From Mayamaea pseudoterrestris (taxonomy: Eukaryota): DNA of 64,000 bases. Made by a program: the position numbers and the translations under genes. The notes beneath the pieces were generated by a model. It did no database searches. It was not told the origin of the DNA and worked only from the letters and a program-made list of their open reading frames with translations. The stretch is taken from positions 992,001-1,056,000 of the forward strand of contig BROI01000003.1 in the NCBI GenBank assembly GCA_027923505.1, read 5' to 3'. Position 1 is the stretch's first letter. Every line of letters begins with the position of its first letter. Of this stretch, positions 11,905-23,180 are shown one piece after another.

Positions 11905-12220
11905 GTTTATTTTGCTGGATCAGCGGTGATGGCTGAGTGGTGCCTTTGCTTATAAATGCAGACTATTGTCAAACTGCTATTACAAATAACAATAGCAGCA
12001 GCAGGAGAGGGCAGCAGGATATACTTATACGCTGTCAGGTCGACGAGAGAAGGGACGAATCTTGTGTAAATGCGTGATGGTCGTCGTCAACTTCAGCGTC
12101 TTGAAAAGACATGGATGTTTATCGCATGGCGACTCATGCTCTGGAGGCCGAGCTACTGGGTACAAATCATGACTAGCAGTAGGCTATGAAAAATGCAATC
12201 TATAGATACTCTGTCGAATC

Positions 12221-13750
12221 CTACGTGTGCTGCCGCATACGTGCCAGCCATGCAATCGTAGCTCGTTCAATGTCAGCAGCCGTGTCGAAGGGACTCCTCT
12301 TGCCAACCTGACCTGTCGCTCGGGCTAGCCAGGTAGGCGTGAGCATTGCCACATCTGAAAACTCCATGTGATGCGAATCATCGACAACTTGAAAGTTAGA
12401 CGTTCCTTTAGGTCGACCAAGGCGTCCTTGACGGTAAAGCTCTTCAACAATCTTTGACTCGCCCCAATTCTTGTCCTGCCACTCCTTCGAGTACATTACT
12501 AGCAGGTCGTGCGGGTTAGTGCTACCTTTGCAATCAGTTTTAGTAGCTTTCCCGTATCCTCCAGTTCCTCCAGTGTACTTTTGTGTTAAGTCCATCATGA
12601 CGCTGTCGGAAAACAGGGATTTACGAGCATCATCCGTCATCCAGTCTACAGCCGGCTCGTGAGCAACCACACCACGGACAATATTAGGTCGCCTCGTCGC
12701 AGCAACTAGGGCGGTCGCTCCGCCAAATGAATGACCCATGAAAACAACATTGCTCTTGTCAAGCCGATCGCGCACAGATAGTCCAGCTTTGACAAGATCA
12801 ACATTATCGCGCGCGTCCAAAGCAAGAAACGCTTCCACCGCGGCAAGAAACTCTCGAGCTCGATAATCTGCTTGACCGCGTCTCCTTCTTACATAAGTAC
12901 TGTAGTCTTGACTTGACCATAGCTTGGCGACATTGTGGTCATAAAGGCGAACGGAACCGTCATGCAGCATCATCGCCGGAGCGCTTCCGTCAGAGTGGTT
13001 GATGGATAAAACCAAATAGCCTTGTGAAGCAAGACTCATCGTCTGATAGGTGTACATTTCACTGCTTCCACCTAGACCATGAGAATAGATAATGACTGGC
13101 AGTTTGGTCGAGTCACCAGTCAGCAGCGCGGCGTTCTTCCTGATGGGCACTCGAATTAGCCGCCAGTAATGAAGAAACCAGCCGCATTTTTTCAGCATCG
13201 ATGGGGCACCAAAAACCATAGTTTGTAAGCAATATACCTTCGCCAAGGCTGGATTCAAGTAGGGTATTCCACCATTTGATTCATCCATCGTCGGATACAG
13301 CAAGCGAACGGATACGTGACTCGGAATGGCATCCTCACCTCCGCTATTGCACGGATCACCAGCTTTGACAGGTAGAAAAAGATCAGCAACACCAACTCGG
13401 TACGGACCATGTATTGCTGGAAGTTTTAATGGAGGAAACAGCACGCAAAGCAATGCTGCCAACGCAATCAAGAGCATGCTGAGACTCATTATCAGCACCG
13501 TTGACCATCGGTGCTCGACTGACGGCACATATCGCAACGCTTGAAGCACAAGCAACGGAACCATCGGAAAGGTGAGAGGCCACCGGTTTGTCGGTCCAGC
13601 TGTAAGCATTGCCAAAACATATGGTATCGGAAAGACGATTGCGTGATAGAAATGGTCGACGGAAGAAATGCTTGTGACAAGGAGGAGACTCAAGCTTACA
13701 GCATCAAGAATGATGCGACTTGGAATGCAGCAAGATTCATTAAGCAACAT
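12221..13750 (-). CDS. PAF-acetylhydrolase-like alpha/beta hydrolase with N-terminal TM segments
   Basis: GPYRVG, PVIIYSHGLGG, LASQGYLV, H-x-DGSA, GHSFGGATA nucleophile elbow, HMEFSD. Confidence 0.85.
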   Translation of the reverse strand: MLLNESCCIPSRIILDAVSLSLLLVTSISSVDHFYHAIVFPIPYVLAMLTAGPTNRWPLTFPMVPLLVLQALRYVPSVEHRWSTVLIMSLSMLLIALAALLCVLFPPLKLPAIHGPYRVGVADLFLPVKAGDPCNSGGEDAIPSHVSVRLLYPTMDESNGGIPYLNPALAKVYCLQTMVFGAPSMLKKCGWFLHYWRLIRVPIRKNAALLTGDSTKLPVIIYSHGLGGSSEMYTYQTMSLASQGYLVLSINHSDGSAPAMMLHDGSVRLYDHNVAKLWSSQDYSTYVRRRRGQADYRAREFLAAVEAFLALDARDNVDLVKAGLSVRDRLDKSNVVFMGHSFGGATALVAATRRPNIVRGVVAHEPAVDWMTDDARKSLFSDSVMMDLTQKYTGGTGGYGKATKTDCKGSTNPHDLLVMYSKEWQDKNWGESKIVEELYRQGRLGRPKGTSNFQVVDDSHHMEFSDVAMLTPTWLARATGQVGKRSPFDTAADIERATIAWLARMRQHT

Positions 13751-14241
13751 TTTCGTTGAAAATCGGTTGAGTGATCTGCTTAAAGCCAAGATTACAAAGA
13801 AGAGTATCAGTGGTCGTATGACAACAAATGTAATATCGCTCTGATGACAGTGTGGTTTCTAGTTTGTTCGCCCATGGTCGTCGGGAGTTGCCGACGTGGT
13901 TCGAAAGAATTCAAGCGGAACGATTCTATTCGTGAAAAGATTGTGTAAAGATGGTTTTCAATCTTGCTTTATTTACATTGTCCTTTGTGGAAGGAAACGA
14001 TGCGTGCGCAATTTATCCTCCACTCCTTCCATGTCTACCGGTATACACATATCAAGAGTACAGTACCAGTAGATAGGTATACCCATTGCAATTAAATGGT
14101 ATATGCTTGGTTCTTAGTGCTGGACGCGACAATGATATCCGCTGACAATGCCTGCCTTTCACCAGCCATGTCATATCGCGGAGCGCGACTATGTACAGTC
14201 ATACAACCGGATTAATAGTTGATAGACAAAGCCATCAATGC

Positions 14242-17145
14242 TTAAAACTCTGCGCATTGAACAACTGATTGCTGACTCTCAGTGCGAGTTTCGGGCTCCT
14301 TCAAATCACATTCACTTGTCAAGTCATTTGCCGCAACCGGCTGGTCCACACAAGCAAAGCTCCTTGACTGGTTTAAGGACACATCGGCACTTGATCCCGG
14401 CAGTACAACAGTCAAATCACTAGAAGCGTCACTGAGTTCTTCTGGGCAAGTCGTCACAGCAGCAGACCCTGATTGCATCATGTCGACAGCTGAGTTAGCA
14501 ACATCGAAATTGTGACCGGAGTCGCCAGACTGGTCTGTTTGTAGAGGCTCTTCGAAGACAAAGCCTTTCATCGGTGAAACCCCCGCTTGACCAACAGTTT
14601 CATTACTTGGTTGTCGAGGCTGCGGTCGCATTTCGGATCCGTAAAAGCGGAAAAAATAGTTTCCAACAGATGCCAGCTTGCCATGAGCAACTTGAGAAAT
14701 TAGTTCAGCTGAAATATTAAGCGCTTTCCCAGCATCAACCAAGGATTGATACTTTGTAAGGACGGTCCCTGTTTCCAAACACAGCCTTTCCACTGGTTTT
14801 GAGCCTCCCGCAACACCACCTGATGCAGGTAGGATGTTTGAGCCCACGTAACGAAAGTAGAAGTCACCAACACGAGCACCACGGTAGACGCGACTAAGAG
14901 AGTTGCTGTCAAGCCCGAACGCGTCGCATGCGGCCTTAGACGATGGATATGTTGCTGCGACTGTATCCGTGAGTAAACAAACCCTTTCGACAGGCTTCGA
15001 CTGCACTTTCGGTTTCTTGGGTTGAGGTAATTGCTTGGCAGTCTTTGGCGTCGGCGTACCCAATTTCAACGTTAGCCCATCCACAGGCATCGACCGAACA
15101 ATTCGCGTATTCAGATGATTAATTGGCGTCGGCATACTCACACCTGCCGTTGACACATTGGCAGGCATACATTCCGATTGACTTGATTGCGAGGCAGTAT
15201 TTACTGTTACCATGTCACCAACTAAGGTTGGCTCAGCAGTTTGTGCACCAGCGGTGAAATGTGGCGGAAGGCGCTTCGATCCTTTAAAGCGAAAAAAGTA
15301 ATCGCCAGCTGAAATTCCTTGACCTCGAGCAACACGACGAATATCATTAATCTTCAATCTAGTAGATCTAGCAGCTTGTGTTAATGAGTCGTAACGACCC
15401 AACACTTCTCCAGTTGCGAGACTCAGCATTTCAACAGGACGAGGGAAACCATTCGGTACAAACGTCAAATCTTCTTCGAGCATATCAATTTGCGCATCGC
15501 CGGTGGGGACACTTGAACTATTGTAGCGAAAGAAGAAACCGCCAGTTGAATTGACTTTTGCTTGGAGAACGTCATATATTTTGCTTCGAGATATCTTGAG
15601 TTGCCTTGCGGCATCGGAGATGGATCCGTAGCCATCAATTACATCGCCGGTCTTTATACAAAGTCTTTCAATGGATCTTGCGCCTGCTGGATGCAGGTTG
15701 CGGCTAGCCGATGCTGTACTTTCACCCTTCACTTCAGAAACTTTATAGACCTTTCCATCGTGGAAGTCCCATGAGTACCCCGCAACTACCTTGCTTACTT
15801 TCGTGGCTGCCATGCAAGCATCTACAATCAGTCGTGCAGTAATGTCAAGCGATAAGACTCGCGTAGCCATACTAGCCGACGGAAACGTGTTTGTTATGCC
15901 AGTCGATAAATCTGTGCATGCAACATCACGAAAAGCTTCCGGCAGGGTCTTTCGGTTATACAAATGGGGTCTGCTGCTAATAGGAAATTTGCACGCCGGA
16001 CAGAAAAAGCTCTTTTGACACTGCTCCATGACGCATGTCCGGCAGAAGGTATGACAACACACGAGACTCCTGGGCGATTCCATAACGTCTCGTTTGCAAA
16101 AGGGGCAGGAATCTCCAAGCTTGCCCACCGAAACTGCGGAGACTTCGGATGGAACTGGAGACCCGGCATCCCTATTCGAATTAGCGCGCGAAGCTAACGG
16201 TGCAACAACCTTCTTTCGTGAGCGTGTTGATGCCGAACGCTTCCTTGGAGCGATGGTTGCAGCTGGCAATGACACAGAAGTGGTCTTTTGTTTCTTGGTG
16301 TTTGCGGTAGTCGTTTTTGCCGGCAGGGCTCGCTTCATTGATCCGTCCGCCGACGCGCTTCGCTTCCGCTTTACAGTAGCATTGCTGTCGACGCGCGGCT
16401 TGCCCTTTGCCTCGTGCTGCGCCTTTTGATTCTTTTCTGCTTTGCTCGAGTCTGCGTTGCCCAGCAGTTTGACATCTGTCAATGCCAAATTGACGTCAAT
16501 TTTGTCGCCATCGTCAAACAGAATTTTCATCTTGCCCTTTGTATTGACAACGCCAGTCACAACCGTTCCATCGTAGAATTTTCCTCCGTCACTGTCGTGA
16601 AAAAAGACTGCAATGCGAGTACCAGCTGTGATTCTAGTCATATCTAGCTCTTTCCCGTGAACGTAGCTTCCATCGTCCGAAGACGTCCTGACGCTCTCTT
16701 CGTCATCGTCAAGCAATCGAAACTTTTCCTCAAACAAGCACTCCCAAGTTTCCCCCTTGGTGTCATACTTGATGAGGTACTCATTGGCTTTTCCAAGCTC
16801 AATCTTTTGAACAGTCCCAGCAAACCATTCAGCGTATGGCGTCCAGTAAATCTCGACCCGAGTGCCAACCTTGACACGAGCGAGGAGTAATCGTTGCTCC
16901 TCCTGTTCCTTCGCTTCGGCCGTCCCAGCTGGATAAAGAACCCTATATATTTTGGTTGACAACACGATCCAGTCTCGATATCCATTGTCGTAGAGGATTC
17001 GCCACTGCTTCCCATCGTCGCGATTGTTCACCAACGTGCCTTTGACGTACTCTTGTTGCTCGGGCCACCACACCTCCAGCCGAGTTTTACCCGATTCAAA
17101 CATGGGCCCCTTTCGCTCCTTACGTTCGTCCACGGATCGACTCAT
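14242..17145 (-). CDS. Multidomain nuclear protein: 3 Tudor-like repeats, C3HC4 RING, 5 NUMOD1-like HTH repeats
   Basis: 967-aa intronless ORF with RxEVxW..W/Y.G....YD.G repeats, CPFC...CCHTFCRTC...CPAC, and five repeats of the form PVE.L...TG.V...Y.S...AA......I.....G.....G.FFRY. Confidence 0.75.
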   Translation of the reverse strand: MSRSVDERKERKGPMFESGKTRLEVWWPEQQEYVKGTLVNNRDDGKQWRILYDNGYRDWIVLSTKIYRVLYPAGTAEAKEQEEQRLLLARVKVGTRVEIYWTPYAEWFAGTVQKIELGKANEYLIKYDTKGETWECLFEEKFRLLDDDEESVRTSSDDGSYVHGKELDMTRITAGTRIAVFFHDSDGGKFYDGTVVTGVVNTKGKMKILFDDGDKIDVNLALTDVKLLGNADSSKAEKNQKAQHEAKGKPRVDSNATVKRKRSASADGSMKRALPAKTTTANTKKQKTTSVSLPAATIAPRKRSASTRSRKKVVAPLASRANSNRDAGSPVPSEVSAVSVGKLGDSCPFCKRDVMESPRSLVCCHTFCRTCVMEQCQKSFFCPACKFPISSRPHLYNRKTLPEAFRDVACTDLSTGITNTFPSASMATRVLSLDITARLIVDACMAATKVSKVVAGYSWDFHDGKVYKVSEVKGESTASASRNLHPAGARSIERLCIKTGDVIDGYGSISDAARQLKISRSKIYDVLQAKVNSTGGFFFRYNSSSVPTGDAQIDMLEEDLTFVPNGFPRPVEMLSLATGEVLGRYDSLTQAARSTRLKINDIRRVARGQGISAGDYFFRFKGSKRLPPHFTAGAQTAEPTLVGDMVTVNTASQSSQSECMPANVSTAGVSMPTPINHLNTRIVRSMPVDGLTLKLGTPTPKTAKQLPQPKKPKVQSKPVERVCLLTDTVAATYPSSKAACDAFGLDSNSLSRVYRGARVGDFYFRYVGSNILPASGGVAGGSKPVERLCLETGTVLTKYQSLVDAGKALNISAELISQVAHGKLASVGNYFFRFYGSEMRPQPRQPSNETVGQAGVSPMKGFVFEEPLQTDQSGDSGHNFDVANSAVDMMQSGSAAVTTCPEELSDASSDLTVVLPGSSADVSLNQSRSFACVDQPVAANDLTSECDLKEPETRTESQQSVVQCAEF

Positions 17146-17462
17146 TTGATGTTACAACGAGAGTTGATCTAGCAAAACGAGGAATTGTAGGCAAGAGCCG
17201 ATCAAAACCCACGCGATGGAAGAGGGCTCGCATTTCCTCGTGCTCGTCAAGGCGTCACGCTCGTGGTTGTCCGGCGCACTCACATGCATTCGATGGTACG
17301 CTTTGAATTATGCCAAATCATTTTGAGAGTCGCTGTGGAGTAGTTTTGGTGCCCGTACGACTTCACGAGGGGCGGCACGAAAGTCCGTTTCCATCACTCC
17401 ATCAGTTGAGGTATTCACGTCGACAACTATATACTTTTGTTACCGGTACGCTTGTATGAACA

Positions 17463-18280
17463 ATGTCGACAACTTATGAAGACTATGAGCGAGTAAGTTG
17501 ACTTGAAGTGATGCCTTTAAAGAGATGAAATCGAAGTGTGGAAAGGTTGCGACGAGCGAGATAAATAGTGACAAGAAACACAAGAACAACACGATCACTA
17601 ACCAATCATTATCCACTTTCTTTTTATGATCAAAGGAGTACCACGGCATTCTCGCGCGCATTCGCAACTTTTTAGCGGGTGCACGAAATTATGCGACTCT
17701 ACAGGAAGCTCAGAGCATGTTGAACGAAGCCAAACGTTGCGCGACGGCCATGCAAGGCCTTGCCGAGGTGGAAGGGAACTCGCTACGCGTCCAGGAAAGC
17801 AGAAATTTGCTGCAGCGAGATATTGGTCCCTTGTCAAGAGAGGTACAGCGGCAGTTGAATGAGTGTCAATCTCAGGAGCTCATGGGAGGAACGACCGTGT
17901 CATTAAGCGGTGGTGGAGGAGGCTACCAGCCGCCTGATTTGGAATCAAATTACACGGACATGGATAGCTTGATTCGGTCCAGTGAAGATTTGCTACGGGA
18001 ATCCCATTCCATAATGTATGAGACGGAGCATATTGGAAATACGACTCTTTTGCAAATGGGCCGACAGCGCGAGCAATTGGAGAATACAAATCGTCACCTG
18101 CAAGCTGTGCGCCAGGTGGCCGAGCAAGCGAAGAATATCTTGACAGGCCTTGGTCGTCGAGCTTTGAAAAACAAAATCGCTTTGTACTGCATGATTGCGC
18201 TATTGGCATGGGCGAACCTCTATGTACTGCACTTAATCTACAAGAAGCACCACAAAGGGAGCAGTGGCGGCAATCATTAA
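17463..18280 (+). CDS. Vti1-like Qb-SNARE (exons 17463-17492, 17636-18280)
   Basis: MSTTYEDYER|EY N-terminus through a GTAAGT...CTAAC...AAG intron; SNARE motif ETEHIGNTTLLQMGRQREQL; C-terminal TM helix. Confidence 0.75.
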
Positions 18281-18563
18281 TCATGCCACTTGCTTTGCCT
18301 CTACGGCAACGCCGGGTATTTTAAGTTGCATAGGATTATCAAGACATTCTTATATTTTTCACAGAAGCATGCTACCTTTTTGTGCATCGAGTAGACTACC
18401 AGGTCTTGTACAGTACTGTACTGTACATAGCTCGGACTGTCGCAATGGAAACCTGTGCGATGCGCATTGTGCCATCCATCTCGCGCGACGCTTTCCGACG
18501 CAACGATCGATAGTCAAAGCTCATGCAATCTTCGCCGCAAATGCTTTCATTTAACTTGACACA

Positions 18564-19727
18564 ATGGATCAGTCTCGTGTAAAATTGGAGAAGGTCTATG
18601 AGCAGCTAAAGCCGTATACTCCCGAATATGCTTTGCGCATCTCTCCTTGCATTTCCGACAAAGAAACACTGGCCTATCGCTGCAAATGTTCGTTCCAAAT
18701 GGTTAGAAACAATGACGGACGTTTTGATTTCGCTGTTCGAAAACAGGGAATACCTGTGATCATTGATGATTTTCCTGTGGCAAATGAGCGCATCCAACGA
18801 GTCATGAAAGGTTTCATCTCAATGCTTAACGACGACGCTACAATCGACACAGTCTTTCGAAATAACCTCTCGAGCATTACATTCTCAAGTTCTTGGAGTA
18901 ACGAAGGAGATTGCGTAGTGGCCTGTAACTACGACAGTTTGATACTAGATCCCACCCAATGGAAACAACAAGCTTTAAAAGTGTGTCATGAGCTTGGTCT
19001 GTCACATTTACTTTGTCGCTCACGAAAATGTGTCTTGTCAGCCTTTGATCACGACGCAATTCTGCGAGACCGAATTTTCATTCAAGTTGCTGGCGATAAC
19101 GACGACGAGTGGAAAGTCTTGTTCGGCGATGCTGGTCATATCGGTCGAGGAATCCCCGTGGACTACGAAAAGCCAGAGTCTGCCTTTTACCATCCCAACG
19201 TTCGTGCAATGCTGAAAGCACTACAATGGCAACTTGAACGTATGTCGCGCATCAGTCGTCAGATTTCAACTCGCAAGCTAAGACTACTTGAGCTATACTG
19301 CGGATGTGGCGCCCATACAGTTGCGCTAGCCAAGTCTGGCATGTTCGAGTCAATTGTTGCCGTCGAGCTGGATCAGCGATTGGTGGAGAAGGCTAGACGA
19401 AATGTTCAACTGAATGAGCTCGAGAACATATCAATTGTGTCAAATGATGCAGCTCTTTGGGCTGAGAAAAACTCGAATGCCTTGTTTGACGTGATCCTCG
19501 TCGATCCTCCCAGGCAAGGCCTCGCAGAAAGCGTTTGTAAAATGGTCATTAATGCATCCACTTGTGACAACATGCTATACATTTCTTGTGGATACGAGGC
19601 GCTGGTACGTGACCTTCAGATATTGGCCACGGCTTTTGATGTTATCGACTGCACGATCGTGGATTTATTTCCGACCATGGAGGGTGTCGAGTCTTTAGTG
19701 CATTTACACCGACGCAAAACCATCTGA
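18564..19727 (+). CDS. TrmA/RumA-family RNA (uracil-5)-methyltransferase
   Basis: YRCKCSF, F-x-H-PN, LLELYCGCG SAM-binding motif, VDPPRQGL, YISC catalytic Cys, DLFP...VE. Confidence 0.88.
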   Translation: MDQSRVKLEKVYEQLKPYTPEYALRISPCISDKETLAYRCKCSFQMVRNNDGRFDFAVRKQGIPVIIDDFPVANERIQRVMKGFISMLNDDATIDTVFRNNLSSITFSSSWSNEGDCVVACNYDSLILDPTQWKQQALKVCHELGLSHLLCRSRKCVLSAFDHDAILRDRIFIQVAGDNDDEWKVLFGDAGHIGRGIPVDYEKPESAFYHPNVRAMLKALQWQLERMSRISRQISTRKLRLLELYCGCGAHTVALAKSGMFESIVAVELDQRLVEKARRNVQLNELENISIVSNDAALWAEKNSNALFDVILVDPPRQGLAESVCKMVINASTCDNMLYISCGYEALVRDLQILATAFDVIDCTIVDLFPTMEGVESLVHLHRRKTI

Positions 19728-19833
19728 GTTGGTCCTTACATATTTGAGCTATCTAAGCGAATGATCGCATCGAGCGCGCATTACAAAGAACAGTTAGATA
19801 ATAATTTGTACAGGTCTGCGCAATCACTTAGAT

Positions 19834-21408
19834 TTATTTTGTAAAATTGCCCAATCTTGTCAACCATCTTCCAACGTCGACCGAGTACTGTGCAAGATAG
19901 GCGTCCTTTGACTGCTTGTAGTTGCGAACTTTAAGCGTGTGGTGAGGAGCAATGGTAACTTTGGCGCTGACTATCATTTGGGCGGCTTTACCATCGAAGT
20001 GCAGGTCGAGGAGTTGAGCATTGTGCCCCAAATCCAACGAAATGGCTGGCAACACGGGTACAAACATTCCAAATCCTGGATTGAGCGAGATTTCGAGCCC
20101 TGGAAATGTGAGCACGTGACCTCGGCTTGTGAAACCAAGGCCGGAGCGAACCTCAAACTCAAGGATCTTGCCGAAAACAGTCTTGGCCGCGCCCCGGCAG
20201 GATATTTTGCCGTTTGGAAGGATAACAATAGTGTCAATACTGATTCGAACAGCCTTGGTGCCACGAAGCTTGAGAATACGAGAAAGTAAATTCTTGAGTC
20301 CGTTTCGTATACATCGGGAATCGACAAGATCCTCTTGTGTGAAAGTTATATTGCGCCCGTGAAACTCGAACTGGTTTAAGTAACGGTGTCCTCTGACGGG
20401 AATCGGGCTGGGAGTGAGTGACCATAAACCCAAATTTAGTCGACTGACTTCGATCCGCCCCTTGTGCATTTGGATTGCTCCAAAAACAATGCGATCAAAA
20501 TCAACACTTGCATCACAAGCAAATCTTCCCTGCACAAGGTCCAGCGTATTGCTTTGTGGGTGACAGTTGACGCAAAGGTTAACATGTGACCCTTGCGACC
20601 ACCGATCAAGGAGTCCTACTAAAATGTTTTGCACCCATGGGCGTGTTATTCGCACAAACGGCGAGCCACCTTCAACAGTAGACTCGACTGGACTGGAGGC
20701 GGCTGGCAGTTGAGTCGTCGTGAGCTGTGCTATCTCTGCTTCGAGAGCACTGGCTATCATGCTGGATGACTCTTCATTAATCTCGATTGAATCAGCAGCG
20801 GCGAACGGATTCAATTGGTCTACCGGTAGATCTTTCACCGAACAAACAATCGAAGCAGACGTTGCTTCAACTTGTCGAGACGTTTGGCCGTTTCGCGCAG
20901 TCATAGGATGTAGTGACATGTGCATGCTTTCAACCGAATTAGTCGCGTGAACAGAGACTGGATCTACCGGTAGAGTATTTTCAAAGGTTAACACATCCAA
21001 ATTATGCGACAAGTTGTGCCGCAATCGGCTTTCCTGTTCCTTTCTCAAATCAAACGGCCGACCCATCAAATTTAAAGCTTGCTGCAAATCTACTTGCTCT
21101 TGGTGAGCAACAGCAGCACTCATTTCAAGTCCTTTTCGTCGGCTCCGTCGTCGAAAGACTCTTCGTAAAACACGCTGATGCCATCCCGTCGAGTCTGGGG
21201 ATGACTGGTGATAGTCCTGACCACTGCCATCGGCGATGGCTGCCGCCATGTAATGACTTGTCGTTGTTCGTCGGATTAAAGCATTCGTTCGACGATTTCT
21301 TGCGCCAGTGATTCCGCCAGATGTTGGTGGAACAATCGTCCAACTGCTAGACGGACAAGCAAGCAAAACTGCGGCTGCTGTAGTGGCTGCGATCCGCTTG
21401 ATAGTCAT
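19834..21408 (-). CDS. Signal-peptide protein with a C-terminal beta-rich (DUF2993/LmeA-like?) domain
   Basis: First plausible ATG (MTIKRIAA...) gives a signal plus transit-like peptide in a long clean ORF; the domain call is tentative. Confidence 0.55.
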   Translation of the reverse strand: MTIKRIAATTAAAVLLACPSSSWTIVPPTSGGITGARNRRTNALIRRTTTSHYMAAAIADGSGQDYHQSSPDSTGWHQRVLRRVFRRRSRRKGLEMSAAVAHQEQVDLQQALNLMGRPFDLRKEQESRLRHNLSHNLDVLTFENTLPVDPVSVHATNSVESMHMSLHPMTARNGQTSRQVEATSASIVCSVKDLPVDQLNPFAAADSIEINEESSSMIASALEAEIAQLTTTQLPAASSPVESTVEGGSPFVRITRPWVQNILVGLLDRWSQGSHVNLCVNCHPQSNTLDLVQGRFACDASVDFDRIVFGAIQMHKGRIEVSRLNLGLWSLTPSPIPVRGHRYLNQFEFHGRNITFTQEDLVDSRCIRNGLKNLLSRILKLRGTKAVRISIDTIVILPNGKISCRGAAKTVFGKILEFEVRSGLGFTSRGHVLTFPGLEISLNPGFGMFVPVLPAISLDLGHNAQLLDLHFDGKAAQMIVSAKVTIAPHHTLKVRNYKQSKDAYLAQYSVDVGRWLTRLGNFTK

Positions 21409-22204
21409 GGTGAGGAAGCCGATGTTGTGTGATGGATGACGAAAGTGCTCGTGGAGAACAAGGAAAAGCGTTCCGAAGTTCGGTTGGCCGTCTGCTTCTT
21501 GGCGCCAAAACTTCTGCCCAATGAGAAATGTCCAAATGTGGCTGACGCGTCGGGTGCAACCACCGCCGTTGCTTCGGGCTTGGTCCAACGAAGGCCGTCG
21601 ACGACACGAGCGCAGACAAGAGAAAGAGAAGCGAAGGCGAAGAGAGACAATCGACTGAACGAGCAATTGCTCTTGACTTCATGAACGGCTTCCGTCACGC
21701 AGCGCCTTTAGATATTTCAAATGAATGAGGCGAAAGATCGGACGACGATGGAGGGAGAATCACAACCATGAAACCGCGCCGGTAAAGAAGGCCAGAGCCG
21801 ATACGACACGAAAAAGAATGGCAGGAGGTGGCAGCTGGAGTACCGTTAGATAACGTAGCGACAGCATTCAACTACCGTGACGAAACGAACTACTTTACTC
21901 TATTGGTAGTCACTTACTACAATAGCTTCTACTCTTTAAACGGGTTTGTTATCTCGATCACTTTGCATCTACCCGCGGCAGATGCACAAACATTTTGATA
22001 CAGGCTAGGCAGTTTATTTCAGCGTGCACAGGCACAATGTCGAACGCCCCTCCGGTATGGAAGCGCTTCGTCATGCCTATTACTACTCTCACCGCAACAA
22101 ATTAACTGATAATCAAACTCCACTGCAGCATTTGTAAACAAGCCATGGGCTCATACTCCTTGCCATGTGTGAAGGACACGTCTCGAAACGACGCTCGTTT
22201 GTTG

Positions 22205-22771
22205 TCAATGTTCTTTCACTGCATCCCATGCGGACGCAACGCCAAAATTGGCACTCCCACTACCGGAAACATCGTCGGCTTTCATTCCGAAAGCATCCAG
22301 TAGAAAGAATATACAGGCCACAAAGACCACAATCACCATGAGCATCATACTCGCTTGCACATGCGGAGCATCTTCGACGGTCCATTTGTAGTCGATGGAA
22401 AAATAAGTTGGTTGGTCCTTGTTGTACACGGGATACTGATTGGAAACACTTTGAACAGATCCCGCTCGGCTGTAGATAAAATCAACTTGTAGCGACTGTA
22501 GATACTCTTGATTGTTGTTTCGGAGTGGAGTGCGAGGGATGGTCCAGAGTCCGTCTTCAAAGGTCATGGCAAACGTTTCTGATTTTTCAGCCGTCGAGCT
22601 AAACAGAAATTGAGCAGAGCTGGTCATGCCAAACAGTGGCCTTTGGCTGCGAAGAGCGTCGGAGATGTCTGCATCAAGTCGAATGTCAGTGTCGATGGCT
22701 TCACCGACGCGATAGGCGTGGACGTAGACTGCCATGCTAACTGCAGTAATCAGCCACATCAGTGCTTTCAT
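22205..22771 (-). CDS. Small type I membrane protein
   Basis: Signal peptide MKALMWLITAVSMAVYVHA|YRVGE and a C-terminal TM helix. Confidence 0.65.
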   Translation of the reverse strand: MKALMWLITAVSMAVYVHAYRVGEAIDTDIRLDADISDALRSQRPLFGMTSSAQFLFSSTAEKSETFAMTFEDGLWTIPRTPLRNNNQEYLQSLQVDFIYSRAGSVQSVSNQYPVYNKDQPTYFSIDYKWTVEDAPHVQASMMLMVIVVFVACIFFLLDAFGMKADDVSGSGSANFGVASAWDAVKEH

Positions 22772-22926
22772 ATTTAGGTGAAACTCTATTGCGCGTATCT
22801 TCATTCGTATGCAGACTGCATCGTCCTCTGCTCGCTGTTATATTTTCGGTCCAACTCGTCGCCATGGCCATCGAAACGAAAGGCGCGAGGATTTTCTCAG
22901 GCGGACTGTGGAGACTGTGGAGTAAA

Positions 22927-23066
22927 CAGTAGTGCCAAAAACTTTGAAAAATATCAAAGTTATTGGCACTGTACGTTGTAGAGTAGTGCAAAAATCAAAG
23001 TTTTTGGCACTGTACAACAAAAAGTAGTGCCAACAACTTTGATTTTCAGAGTTATTGGCACTGTAC
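22927..23066. repeat. Three tandem ~45-bp hairpin (inverted-repeat) units
   Basis: agtgccaaaaactttga..tcaaagttattggcact (22931-22970), a partly deleted unit (22985-23011), and agtgccaacaactttga..tcagagttattggcact (23026-23062); each unit ends in gcactgtac. Confidence 0.85.
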
Positions 23067-23180
23067 CGAGTCACACCGTGTCTCGTCAATTGACCATCGT
23101 CGATTGTCGCGCACCGCACCGCAACGCCTCATCTCTGCTGCCATTCACGACCAACAACTACGAGTATACTTCTTTACATC

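Noticed and set aside
22927..23066. Mini-CRISPR
   Set aside because: Spacers are only ~8 nt, there are three degenerate units, and no cas genes
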